Made by a program: the position numbers and the translations under genes. Shown piece after piece: positions 10,434 to 20,435 of a stretch of DNA of 64,000 bases. The DNA is from a virus (taxonomy: Duplodnaviria; Caudoviricetes). Location: IMG/VR virus record IMGVR_UViG_3300017722_005389, one strand, 5' to 3'. Below the pieces are notes generated by a model, which saw only the letters and a list, made by a program, of their open reading frames with translations, was not told the origin of the DNA and did no database searches. Position 1 is the first letter of the stretch; each line of letters begins with the position of its first letter.

Positions 10434-11164
10434 AATCTTTTCCAATTTTTTACTCCTAAATCCCATGATAAGTCACCTAAAAACCATGTTTTTGGATGTA
10501 TTATATTTTTTGATTTTGATAGCCATGCACCCCACCAGGCGAAACTACTATTTGATATAACAAAATTTTTACTATGTTGTAATAGTGCAAGTGTGTCCTT
10601 TTCGTTTAAATCTAGAAACACATATTCTTTTTTATTACTACTGAAATTTGAAATACACCAATTTAAATCATCAGAAATGAATATAACTTTATTTATATTT
10701 CCGAATTCATTTATAGCTTTATTATACCAATCCAAATCACAAACTAAAAAATTTTTGTTCTTTACGTAATCTGTTCTTCTAACTTGAACTACTAAATAAT
10801 CTTCCTGAATTTCAATAGTATTTTTTAAAAAGAATGTATTTCTTATTTCTTCAGAAATTTCTAAAAAATAATTTTCATTTTGAAAATATCCGCTAAAACT
10901 ATAATTAGTATTTTTATCTAAAAAATTATAAGGAAAATTTGAGTCATTTTCATATGACCCATAATATATTTTGTCTATACATTTTATATTTTTATCAAGC
11001 TTTTTTTCAGCAATATCAAAAATATCTAACATATATTTTCTAACTTTAGATGGTTTATATTCAAAAAATAATTCACAATTATATTTTTTTTCTAACATTT
11101 TACCAAATGCAAATTGAAACATTTGATTGCCCAAACCATCTGAAAGCATAATATTTATTTTCAT
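10430..11164 (-). CDS. Alpha-1,2-fucosyltransferase-like glycosyltransferase (GT11)
   Basis: GLGNQMFQ, VQVRRTDY (HVRRGDY-like), FISDD and NSSFAWWGAWL. Confidence 0.9.
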   Translation of the reverse strand: MKINIMLSDGLGNQMFQFAFGKMLEKKYNCELFFEYKPSKVRKYMLDIFDIAEKKLDKNIKCIDKIYYGSYENDSNFPYNFLDKNTNYSFSGYFQNENYFLEISEEIRNTFFLKNTIEIQEDYLVVQVRRTDYVKNKNFLVCDLDWYNKAINEFGNINKVIFISDDLNWCISNFSSNKKEYVFLDLNEKDTLALLQHSKNFVISNSSFAWWGAWLSKSKNIIHPKTWFLGDLSWDLGVKNWKRL

Positions 11165-11736
11165 TAAACTTTTTTAAAAATCATAATTGTATCTCTAAAC
11201 CATGTTGCATTAGTTGCACTATTTCTTAATTTAGTTGAAGCCTCAATTTCATAAGAATAACCTCTTTTTTGTAATTCTGAAACAACATAGTCATTATTTT
11301 GACAATTTACATGTCCACTTCCAGGTTGACCGATAATAGCCCAACTTAAAATAATTAAATTATTTGAATGATTGCAAATATTATTTATGAAAATTTGTTC
11401 ATATTCCTTTGGGATATGCTCACCTACTTCTAAACTCAATACACAATCAACCTTTTTACTTAAATTGAACTCTTTTGATAAATCAAGAACTTTTCCTATA
11501 CCATTTGTAAGCATTTCAGTATTTGGATTACCATCATATGCTTCACAAAAAATATTTTCTTTTATTATTGATTTTGCATAATCTCCCATACCACATCCAA
11601 AATCAATCAATGTTTTTACATTTTTTTCTTTCAAATAAGTAATTAAAGAATTGCATAAAGCAATATCATGTACATGTCCTATGCCTGAGTTTGTTTCCCA
11701 GAATCCGTTTTTATTTATTATAAAACTCTTTTTCAT
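11164..11736 (-). CDS. Class I SAM-dependent methyltransferase
   Basis: LIDFGCGMG, SLEVGEHIP and PGSGHVNCQ. Confidence 0.85.
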   Translation of the reverse strand: MKKSFIINKNGFWETNSGIGHVHDIALCNSLITYLKEKNVKTLIDFGCGMGDYAKSIIKENIFCEAYDGNPNTEMLTNGIGKVLDLSKEFNLSKKVDCVLSLEVGEHIPKEYEQIFINNICNHSNNLIILSWAIIGQPGSGHVNCQNNDYVVSELQKRGYSYEIEASTKLRNSATNATWFRDTIMIFKKV

Positions 11737-11749
11737 TTATTTGTTATTT

Positions 11750-12460
11750 TTATTTATATATGATTTCACATTTATTTTTTAAATCGTTAAAAAGCTTTTT
11801 TATTTCATTCTCCTGTTTATTATAATGTACTCCCCATTTAAATTTTTTGTTCTCTTCAGATAGTCTACTATTAAATAGTTTATATCTATCTATTAGATAT
11901 TTTTCAGATAGGTATTTAAAATGAAATAATTTATAGCGTTCTTTAGAATACACTATTTTCCCTGAAGGAGCGCATTTGTGACATCCTGGCGAATAATTAA
12001 TTTCATTTATCTTTTTTTTATTAAATAGAACATTTTTATCATAATATTCAGTTCGAACTCCACTTTTGATGCTGTATAAATCTATAATATCATTATTATT
12101 TAAGTTTATCATATCATACCCTTCAAAATTTATTATAGTAGAATTTGAACGAATTTCATTTTTTAACATATTTTCATCTATGCTTACTAATTCATCGCAA
12201 TCACACACAAGCACCCAATCAGTATTCGAATTTTTCCAACAATTATTTTTTATTTCAAGATATTTTCCTTCAGAAATTTGGTTATTTGAATCGAAATATT
12301 CAATTTTGCAATTATTTTTTTTAGCGATTTCAACTGTTTTATCTGTGGAATAGTTATCGAATACTACGATTTCGCAGCCTGGAAATTTTTTTCTATAATG
12401 ATTAATAAAAAATTCAATCATTAATTCTTCATTATATGTAATAGTATAAATTGTTACCAT
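11750..12460 (-). CDS. Glycosyltransferase, GT2-like
   Basis: TITYNEE, VFDNYSTD and LVCDCDE. Confidence 0.85.
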   Translation of the reverse strand: MVTIYTITYNEELMIEFFINHYRKKFPGCEIVVFDNYSTDKTVEIAKKNNCKIEYFDSNNQISEGKYLEIKNNCWKNSNTDWVLVCDCDELVSIDENMLKNEIRSNSTIINFEGYDMINLNNNDIIDLYSIKSGVRTEYYDKNVLFNKKKINEINYSPGCHKCAPSGKIVYSKERYKLFHFKYLSEKYLIDRYKLFNSRLSEENKKFKWGVHYNKQENEIKKLFNDLKNKCEIIYK

Positions 12461-12473
12461 ATTTTTTGCTTTA

Positions 12474-13154
12474 TTAAATTCTTTCAGTAAGATGACTACA
12501 AGTAATTTTATTGATAACTATTCCTTTATTATTAGTGTTCTTCATAAAATCTGAAATTCTATTCCATAAATCTGCATCTGCAGGATAAATTTTACCTGTT
12601 TCTTCAAATACATCTCGATACCTCAAATTAGTTTTGGAGAAATTGATACAAGTCGCAGATCTAACTATATCTCCGCTTTTTGGATAAAATGGATTATTGA
12701 TATCTTTAGGAAGAACTTGATTATTTATATGATTAGACTTTGTTGTTATAAAAAAATAATCATTAACAAATTTAGAAATTTCTTCTAAGTGATTTGATTC
12801 CCACCAATCATCGTGATCTAAATGGCAAATATGGTAAATATTTTTCTTTAAACACAAATCAATACCATAATTTGTTGCATTAACTCCGCCTGAACACCAT
12901 AATTTTTTATCCCCCAAAGAATACTTATCTCTTTCTTTTGCATAAGGCAAATTAATCGAAAATATTTTTTCTTTAGGAATTATAGATTTAGAAATATTTA
13001 CAAATTCTTCGTTGTTATCATATTTATCTCCGATTAAAAATACTTTGTAATTAGTATAAGTTTGATTTTTTATACTATTTAATGATTTTTGTAAATATTT
13101 TATTGAATTCCCATCTTTTCTTTGATAAGTGGGTATTATTATACCTATAGTCAT
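12474..13154 (-). CDS. Glycosyltransferase, GT2
   Basis: IIIPTYQR, CHLDHDD and PADADLW. Confidence 0.85.
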   Translation of the reverse strand: MTIGIIIPTYQRKDGNSIKYLQKSLNSIKNQTYTNYKVFLIGDKYDNNEEFVNISKSIIPKEKIFSINLPYAKERDKYSLGDKKLWCSGGVNATNYGIDLCLKKNIYHICHLDHDDWWESNHLEEISKFVNDYFFITTKSNHINNQVLPKDINNPFYPKSGDIVRSATCINFSKTNLRYRDVFEETGKIYPADADLWNRISDFMKNTNNKGIVINKITCSHLTERI

Positions 13155-13162
13155 TTTTAAAA

Positions 13163-13750
13163 TTATTTTATTTTTTTTGTTGGAGTTCCAATGTAAGTTC
13201 CAGATTCAGTTATATCTTTAATAACTCCTGAATTTAATCCAATAATAACATAATCACATATTTTAATTTTTTCTTTAGCTGTTGAATTTGTTCCTATATA
13301 TACATAATCACCAATGTTGCAATTTCCTGATACTACAACATTTGGCATTGCAGAAAAAAATTCACCTATTATTGTATCATGCCCAATATGATTTCCTCTA
13401 TTTAAAATGCAGTGTGCACCTATAGAAATATTAGTAGTTAATATACAATTTGCCCCTATAAAAGATCCCTTGCCAATTGTAATATTTTTATCAAATATTT
13501 GTGCTGATGGATGGATAAATGTAAAATATTGAGTCTCTTTTGGTAATTTGTCCACTATTTTTTTTCTAATTTCTGAATCACCTATTGCTACTAAAACTTC
13601 AAATTCATTTATATTGAATTGGCTTAGTGGTAATATTTTAGGATTATTATCTTTTATAAAAATATCATCTACAAAACATGTTAATTCTTCGCCTATTTGT
13701 GAGATTACTTCTTTTGCATGACCCCCATATCCGATTAATGCCTTTTTCAT
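13163..13750 (-). CDS. Sugar acetyltransferase, PglD/NeuD family (left-handed beta-helix)
   Basis: IGYGGHAKE, VAIGD..IRKK, FIHPSA and hexapeptide repeats including HIGHD. Confidence 0.9.
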   Translation of the reverse strand: MKKALIGYGGHAKEVISQIGEELTCFVDDIFIKDNNPKILPLSQFNINEFEVLVAIGDSEIRKKIVDKLPKETQYFTFIHPSAQIFDKNITIGKGSFIGANCILTTNISIGAHCILNRGNHIGHDTIIGEFFSAMPNVVVSGNCNIGDYVYIGTNSTAKEKIKICDYVIIGLNSGVIKDITESGTYIGTPTKKIK

Positions 13751-13754
13751 TTAA

Positions 13755-14477
13755 TTAAACTATTTTTATATATTTACATTCTTTTGTTATTTTCCATACT
13801 TTATTTATAATTGATTTTTTCCAAGTATAATATTTTTCACCCTCTCGATATAAATCCCAGGTTAAATGATAAGCAACATTTTTATTAGTATGAGCCCATT
13901 GTTTATTCAATTCTTTTACTTTTTTATATATGTTTATATCAAGATAATAAACACTCTTTATGTGGTCTAAATCAATACTTCTAAAAGTTAATAAGTTGTT
14001 GCCAGTATTTTTATATATTGGTTCGTATGGAAGATTTCTTAATTTACATTTTTCATTATAATTTTCAATTCCAATAATAGGATTAGGTAAAATATATAAA
14101 TTGTCTAGAAATAAATCTCCCGATGAAACCATTACATTTGGAAAATTTAAATTATGTAATATTTCTTCAAAAAAAGAATGTGAATTATATAAATATAAAT
14201 CCCCATCCGTAATTGTTATATATTCATATTCTTTTAATAAGGGAGTGAAATCTCTTAGAAAAATATTTATAGCATTTGCTGCAATATTTTCTTCAAATTG
14301 TATATAACCTTTTAATTTATTATTATTAGAAATGAAATATTGTTTTATTTCATTTGAACTTGAACTACTATTTTCTATAATAAAAAAATCTATACCATCA
14401 ATATATATTGATTCAAAAGATAATTTAATATGCTCAAAATTTTGAAAAGCGAAAAAAACACAGATATGTTTTTTCAT
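13755..14477 (-). CDS. Putative GT-A-fold glycosyltransferase
   Basis: FFIIENSS, YITITDGDLY (DxD) and AYHLTWDLY; sits inside the glycan island. Confidence 0.5.
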   Translation of the reverse strand: MKKHICVFFAFQNFEHIKLSFESIYIDGIDFFIIENSSSSSNEIKQYFISNNNKLKGYIQFEENIAANAINIFLRDFTPLLKEYEYITITDGDLYLYNSHSFFEEILHNLNFPNVMVSSGDLFLDNLYILPNPIIGIENYNEKCKLRNLPYEPIYKNTGNNLLTFRSIDLDHIKSVYYLDINIYKKVKELNKQWAHTNKNVAYHLTWDLYREGEKYYTWKKSIINKVWKITKECKYIKIV

Positions 14478-14483
14478 TATAAA

Positions 14484-15113
14484 TTATTTAGTATAAATTT
14501 CAAATTTAGATAAATCAGGATAAGGTAATTCTAAATCAGCATTTTCTTTTTTAGAACCATCTGTATTATAGAATTGATTCATAAGGAGCATTCCTCTAGT
14601 TGCTAATTCAGGCATCATATAAAAATTCCAACCTAGCATATCAAGATTGTCTTCATGGTAAGAACATTCATTCATTCCAGAGTATCTAGCTCTTTTAAAC
14701 CATTTATATGCATCTTCATTATCGGTTAAAATTGCTCCACCTTTACTCAATTTAAAATGTTTGTATGGACCTGTAAACGAAATACACATGTGCGTATTTG
14801 GTATATACATATCTGCAGTAAATCTTAATGCTGAATCCCATACATTTGTTGGTTGTAAGCAATATGCTCCTTTTAATGTTGTGCCTTCTACAGGAGCAAA
14901 ATTAACTTTTGCACCTGCATGTATTATTTCACAAGGAACACTTGGATAAGTTCTTGCAGGGATTGTTATTTCTAACCCTGAGACTTTCTCATACATTAAT
15001 GCTAAAAATAGTGCATTACTCTGATTGTCTACAGTTACGACATAAGGTGCATTAGTATATTTTGAAAGAGCATTTTCAAAATCTTCAGTTATTTTATATA
15101 TTCCGTTTGCCAT
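14484..15113 (-). CDS. DegT/DnrJ/EryC1/StrS-family PLP-dependent sugar aminotransferase (compact form)
   Basis: FENALSKY, ALFLAL, WDSA, SF...K...GGAILT and GWNFYM. Confidence 0.85.
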   Translation of the reverse strand: MANGIYKITEDFENALSKYTNAPYVVTVDNQSNALFLALMYEKVSGLEITIPARTYPSVPCEIIHAGAKVNFAPVEGTTLKGAYCLQPTNVWDSALRFTADMYIPNTHMCISFTGPYKHFKLSKGGAILTDNEDAYKWFKRARYSGMNECSYHEDNLDMLGWNFYMMPELATRGMLLMNQFYNTDGSKKENADLELPYPDLSKFEIYTK

Positions 15114-15748
15114 TATTTATATTTACTTTTGAATTTTTGTATTTGTTCTGTAGTTAATTCATGCTTGTTAGACATAGTATTTAAAGTTTGGCTACCTAAA
15201 TGTAATACATTTGAAGTTGGAATGATGCAAGGTATGATTCCAATAGTTTCTAATTGTTTTATAGTAATATTGTCTGCGCACCAAAAAATGTATTCTTCAT
15301 TTAACCCTCCTATTTTATCATAAATAGAGCGTTTCATCATAAAACACCATCCTGAAAAATACTTACCTATTATATTCCCAAATTCAATCTTATTGATATT
15401 TGCTTGTCTCGCATCTTTAGGACATTTGGGACTCATTACGTCATATTGATATTTCATTAATTCTGTAAACCAATTTTTATGAAAAATTAAATCATTATTA
15501 CAAAATACAATCCATTCAGAATTACTTGTTCTTGCAGCTATATTCATAAATTTATTGTAATTAAATTGTTCAGAAATCTTAAGATTCCTTACTCCTTCAA
15601 AATCAGTTTTATTATCAACAACGCAAATATCAAAATCTAAATTCTCACTTTCTTTTAATGATTTTAGACAATTTTCAGTTACTTTTTTTAATTCAGGAGT
15701 TTTACTATCTGAAAGAATTATTATTTGAGCAATTTTTTTAGTTTCCAT
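15113..15748 (-). CDS. Glycosyltransferase, GT2
   Basis: VVDN, FNYNKFMN, FCNNDL, GGLNE and WCADN. Confidence 0.85.
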   Translation of the reverse strand: METKKIAQIIILSDSKTPELKKVTENCLKSLKESENLDFDICVVDNKTDFEGVRNLKISEQFNYNKFMNIAARTSNSEWIVFCNNDLIFHKNWFTELMKYQYDVMSPKCPKDARQANINKIEFGNIIGKYFSGWCFMMKRSIYDKIGGLNEEYIFWCADNITIKQLETIGIIPCIIPTSNVLHLGSQTLNTMSNKHELTTEQIQKFKSKYK

Positions 15749-15762
15749 TTATTAAAATTATA

Positions 15763-17166
15763 TTATTTTCCCATCCAGGCACATACTTTTTTTCTATTTT
15801 TATGATGCTTTTTTAAATAATTTCTTGTTTCTCCTAAAGAAAGCTTTAAATCCAATGAAGAACCAATATCTATTAAAAATAAATCCTGTCTTTCTTTATG
15901 CATTTTATAAATACATATTTTTGTAAATGTCCCTGCCATAAATAAAAATACAGTATTTGGATTTAAAGTTTTACTATAATTAATAATATCGGCTATCATA
16001 TCATAATCATGATACCAAGCATTTACCCCAACTCTGAATTCTTTTAAAATATTATAATTATTATTTTTAAAATATGATGTATCTGCATTTTTATGGCATA
16101 CTAATACTATCTCTTTGTTTTTTATTGATTCTGGAAATTTAGATTCAAATATATCATAGTTTGAATTTACAAATAATGTTGCCCATGTAACATTTAAATC
16201 TGACTGTTCACTATAATTATACATTTTTTTAGATTTATCATTTCCTACACATGTTGGACATGGTAATCCTACATAATAATTATTAGATTTATATTTTATT
16301 GCCTCAGACATTTCATTTCTCAATTTTTGATATTTTGAATCATTGGGATCATACCTATGTTCTCCATTGAATTTTTTACTTAAATCTATAGGAGTATTTT
16401 CAATAATCATCATTTCTCCATCACCAAATCTTGTAAATGAAAATGGGATATTATTATTTATTTTATTTATAATTTTTGTTAAATCTTCCTTGAAATTTTT
16501 TTTACCATTATATTTTGTTTCTAAAAATGTATAGAATTTTTCCTTTAAATTTTTTAATTTTACATACTGGTCATTTCCATCATTTATGATTGTTAAATCA
16601 ATATTACATCCTATCAACTTATAAGAATGTTCATATTTTGCAAAATACGATAACCATAAATCTTCTATAAACGCATATTCTTTAGGTATATTATATAATC
16701 TTTCATCTAAAAATATCGAAGAATCTATTAACATTCCGCCTGTTCCACAATAATCGCATTCTGTAAGATTATTTATTCTAGTTCGATTATAATATGAACC
16801 ATTCATTTTCCAACCAAACCAAGAAATTATAGATTTAGGTTGATACATACTATTAAAGTCTTCTACAAATTTGTTATTGAAAATTTGATCATCATCAATA
16901 AAAATAATTTTAGAAAATTCATTAGCTATTTTTTTAGCATAAAGGAATCTGCCTATACCTCCAACATTAGTTTCAGAATTAATAACTTCAATTTTTAATT
17001 GAGGATAGTTTTTAATTATATTTTCAATAGTCTCCTTTTCTCCAAAATTGTTATTCCATATATGAAGCTTAACATTTTTATATGTTTGAGAGGATAAAAG
17101 ATTTAAGGTTTCTTTCAATCTTGAAACTCTTTTCCATGTACACATTACTATTGCTATAAAAGGCAT
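15763..17166 (-). CDS. Two-domain glycosyltransferase: GT2 plus GT-D fold (DUF1792-like)
   Basis: The N-half has FIDDDQ and EDLWLS; the C-half has PFSFTRFGDGE and LIDIGSSLD, the GT-D signatures. Confidence 0.8.
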   Translation of the reverse strand: MPFIAIVMCTWKRVSRLKETLNLLSSQTYKNVKLHIWNNNFGEKETIENIIKNYPQLKIEVINSETNVGGIGRFLYAKKIANEFSKIIFIDDDQIFNNKFVEDFNSMYQPKSIISWFGWKMNGSYYNRTRINNLTECDYCGTGGMLIDSSIFLDERLYNIPKEYAFIEDLWLSYFAKYEHSYKLIGCNIDLTIINDGNDQYVKLKNLKEKFYTFLETKYNGKKNFKEDLTKIINKINNNIPFSFTRFGDGEMMIIENTPIDLSKKFNGEHRYDPNDSKYQKLRNEMSEAIKYKSNNYYVGLPCPTCVGNDKSKKMYNYSEQSDLNVTWATLFVNSNYDIFESKFPESIKNKEIVLVCHKNADTSYFKNNNYNILKEFRVGVNAWYHDYDMIADIINYSKTLNPNTVFLFMAGTFTKICIYKMHKERQDLFLIDIGSSLDLKLSLGETRNYLKKHHKNRKKVCAWMGK

Positions 17167-17195
17167 TTCTAATATTTTGGTATCTCTATATTTTT

Positions 17196-18863
17196 TTATT
17201 TCACCCGACTTAAATGCATTATCAATTTTTTTATATATTTTTGCGCTACTTTATGTTTTTCCGATTTATAAACTTTTTGAGTGCCTTCAGGTCTAACATC
17301 ATTATATATGTAATGCATTTTATTTATTTTATGAACTTGGTCGCTATAACACTGAGCTAAAATACCCATAGTTAAACATACGTCAGTGCAGAATTTATAC
17401 CATTCGCCTTTTTCATCTTTTAATATGTGTTCTGGGACTTTTTGGGCTACTCCAACTTTAAATGTTCTTAAAGGTGGACATGAAAATCCTTTTCCAGAAT
17501 AATCTACATTATTTATTGTTTCGTTTCCATATGTTCCAGCATTTAATATTTTTCCTGTGGAAACAAATTTAAAATTACCGAAGGTAATTAAACATTCTTT
17601 ATTTTTTAAATAATGATTTGATATATCTAAAAATGTATCATTTGTGACAGTATCATCTAAATCTATCATCAATGCGATTGCATCAGGATCTTTTAATTGT
17701 GAAATGATTAAATTTCTACTGTATGCAGCACCATAATTTTTATTATTTTGATAGATTTTTACTTTAGGATCATTGTTTGCAATTTGCTTTAAAATTTTAT
17801 ATGTTTTATCGTTAGAACCATCATCAAGCATGTGTATAGTGTAATCATAATTTCCAGGTATCTGATTATTTAAAGAATTATACGTATGCATCGCAAATTT
17901 TTCACAATTCCATCCAACTGAAACTATTTCAAGTTTTATTTTTTTGCCTTCAACAATATTAGGTACATAACTATTAATATTACTTCTGCTATTACTTTTA
18001 CTATTACTTTTACTATTACTTTTCAAATGATTCAAAACCGATACCCCATTAATTTCAGAAGAATTATTATGCACTTTATTAAGCATGTCAGTGTTAGCAC
18101 TAACATTAACATCATTCCTTTGACCGAGCCCAATTCCTCCTAAGCAAATTAATGCTTCCTTAATAATTCTTTTATCTACAGTTTTTGCCCATACTTTCTG
18201 AATAAACCTAAAATCTCCACATTTCCATCCATCCCATTTGATAGTTTTAGCAACACCTGAATGAACTGCAAAACATTGGGAACTGATTCTTGCCAATCTT
18301 GGAGGTTTTCCAAGTTCCTGTAAAGAAGGCAAAAGTCCTCCATTTGGATATTTCATCTGCCAAAGAAGCATATCCGTATTACTTCTGGCAATATTTGCCA
18401 CCTTTTGTAATACATTGTTGTCTGCAAGATAATCATCGTCATCTAATATTATGATCCATCCATCGTTTACTTTTTCGATAAGTTTGTTAAGATAGAGATT
18501 ATATATGAAACGTGGACCAGTCTTTGGATCTGGAATATCAGCTTCCTTAGAAATCACATTCTTATCCATAAAGAAATAATCCACACCACATTCCTTTACA
18601 TATTCTTCATCTTGTAAATTATCAATAGAAACAATATGTCTTACATTCTTATATGTTTGATTTTTTACAGATTCATGACATCTTTTGAAAGCTAAAGGTC
18701 TTCCAGATGTTCTTGTAAGAATATTTATCAGAGGTATAGGTATTTCAACTTTATTTATCACGATTTTTGCTTTTGATTGTACAGGTTTTATTGCACTTGG
18801 GGGTGTTTTTATGATGGTACCTTTATTACCATTTCTGGTTGTAAGTTTTTGAATATGTTTCAT
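17196..18863 (-). CDS. Tandem double GT2 glycosyltransferase
   Basis: Two GT-A domains (ILDDDD; LDDGSND...IDLDD) joined by an SNSK-repeat linker. Confidence 0.85.
   Translation of the reverse strand: MKHIQKLTTRNGNKGTIIKTPPSAIKPVQSKAKIVINKVEIPIPLINILTRTSGRPLAFKRCHESVKNQTYKNVRHIVSIDNLQDEEYVKECGVDYFFMDKNVISKEADIPDPKTGPRFIYNLYLNKLIEKVNDGWIIILDDDDYLADNNVLQKVANIARSNTDMLLWQMKYPNGGLLPSLQELGKPPRLARISSQCFAVHSGVAKTIKWDGWKCGDFRFIQKVWAKTVDKRIIKEALICLGGIGLGQRNDVNVSANTDMLNKVHNNSSEINGVSVLNHLKSNSKSNSKSNSRSNINSYVPNIVEGKKIKLEIVSVGWNCEKFAMHTYNSLNNQIPGNYDYTIHMLDDGSNDKTYKILKQIANNDPKVKIYQNNKNYGAAYSRNLIISQLKDPDAIALMIDLDDTVTNDTFLDISNHYLKNKECLITFGNFKFVSTGKILNAGTYGNETINNVDYSGKGFSCPPLRTFKVGVAQKVPEHILKDEKGEWYKFCTDVCLTMGILAQCYSDQVHKINKMHYIYNDVRPEGTQKVYKSEKHKVAQKYIKKLIMHLSRVK
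17989..18023 (+). repeat. 12-bp tandem repeat (CTATTACTTTTA x ~3) encoding the KSNS linker
   Basis: Direct reading; translates on the minus strand as KSNSKSNSKSNSRSN. Confidence 0.85.
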
Positions 18864-20353
18864 CCTAACTGTACTATGAAGTTTTTAAGTTTCTTTTGGT
18901 ATTTTGAGAATTTAGGGGCAATAAGATTTATGGCTACTTTCTGTTCATTTCTTAATTTTTCAACGTCTTTTTTATCTGAAATTTCATTAGTAAAACAAGC
19001 AGCTTCTCCCACATAAATATTCTTATAATTCCTTAAAATACATTCTATACTCAAAAGAATGTCTTCATAACTTTCTTCAGGGCTTGTATCAAATCCTCCA
19101 ATCCCTATAAACAAAGCCTTTCTAATCATAAAAAAGTTTTTAGTATTGCCAAAAATATTTTCTTCTTTTTTGAAAGAGGCTCCAAAAACGGTTCTTATTC
19201 CTTGATTAGTGAATCCCATTCGGTTTTCTTTATTCATATAACAGACAATGCCTCCATGTTGGATTTTATTGTCTTTGAAATGTAATCTACACCCTACTGT
19301 TCCAATTTCTTTTTTATTCTTAAGACATTCGCTAACCATGATTGAAATTGCATCATTAATCATTTCAATACCACTATCGCAAAATAAAACTAATTCAGTT
19401 CCCTTGTCAATATAATTGAATACTATATCATTGTTAACACTTGCATAATGACTGTAATCATAATATAAAAGGTTAAGTTTTTTATCATAATACACATATT
19501 CTTCAATAGAAGCAATATTTTCTTCATTTGAACCTGTATCCGCAATATAAATCTGGTAATTTGAATAATTTGTCTTTTTAAGACTTTCAATACATTCCTT
19601 TAAACGTTCAAAATTGTCTTTAGAATGAATTATTATAGCTAAAGATGGTTCATTCTTAATATTAACATCTTTATTGCTTACAAAGGGAAATTGATTGATT
19701 TCTAAAGGAAGATTATCTTTATATTTTAGAGTGAATAATTCTCTACTTTTATTCCAATCTTCTGAAACCATTCCAATTGATTCATGTTTTATTTTAAAAT
19801 CGAAAATTACACCTATTTTAACTCCTTCAATTGAATTTCTAAGGCAAAAGGGTATGTCATAAAAATGGAATCCTTTAAATTCTTCATCAAAGTTTGATTT
19901 TATTCTTTCTTTATGAATCGCCATAAATAATCCATCGATACAAGCAACTTGATGTATTTTGCCAGAAGCTTTGTAACTGTAACTCATTTCAGTCCATTTT
20001 CCTTGCTTATCTCGGTGCGCAACTTCGCCTACCATCAAATGTCTTTTTCTCCACCACATTCCTGTTTCATCTATTTCAGTAGTTCCAGCCATTCCTAAAA
20101 TACCGAAATCTGATGAATTAAAATGGTCATAAATGATTTTATCCCAACCTTTTTCTAAATGGATGTCATCGTGAACACAGACTAATATTGGATATTTTGA
20201 TTGTTCAAGAGCAGTATTATATGCTTCCGAAAGAGAGTGTGTATTTTTGTTTACAAATTGTATAATTTCAACATCTGGTAATGTGCAAGTCTTCTGAAGA
20301 ACTTCTTTATATTCATTTGACTCCTCACGAGTTGAAAAGAAAATAGATATCAT
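18860..20353 (-). CDS. Two-domain glycosyltransferase (two GT-A domains)
   Basis: Domain 1 has VCVHDDI and GFHFYD; domain 2 has IADTGS and EDILLS. Confidence 0.85.
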   Translation of the reverse strand: MISIFFSTREESNEYKEVLQKTCTLPDVEIIQFVNKNTHSLSEAYNTALEQSKYPILVCVHDDIHLEKGWDKIIYDHFNSSDFGILGMAGTTEIDETGMWWRKRHLMVGEVAHRDKQGKWTEMSYSYKASGKIHQVACIDGLFMAIHKERIKSNFDEEFKGFHFYDIPFCLRNSIEGVKIGVIFDFKIKHESIGMVSEDWNKSRELFTLKYKDNLPLEINQFPFVSNKDVNIKNEPSLAIIIHSKDNFERLKECIESLKKTNYSNYQIYIADTGSNEENIASIEEYVYYDKKLNLLYYDYSHYASVNNDIVFNYIDKGTELVLFCDSGIEMINDAISIMVSECLKNKKEIGTVGCRLHFKDNKIQHGGIVCYMNKENRMGFTNQGIRTVFGASFKKEENIFGNTKNFFMIRKALFIGIGGFDTSPEESYEDILLSIECILRNYKNIYVGEAACFTNEISDKKDVEKLRNEQKVAINLIAPKFSKYQKKLKNFIVQLG

Positions 20354-20411
20354 TTTTAATTAATATAATTAATTTTCTTATGAAAATAAAAAAGGTCTCT
20401 GATGAGACCTT
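20352..20411. repeat. 60-bp direct repeat, copy 1 (terminator plus promoter-like module)
   Basis: ATTTTTAATTAATATAATTAATTTTCTTATGAAAATAAAAAAGGTCTCTGATGAGACCTT, identical to 21277-21336. Confidence 0.95.
20389..20411 (-). terminator. Rho-independent terminator after ugd
   Basis: Minus strand reads AAGGTCTC-ATCA-GAGACC followed by a T-tract. Confidence 0.75.
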
Positions 20412-20435
20412 AAAATTTATAAATAATAAAAATTC

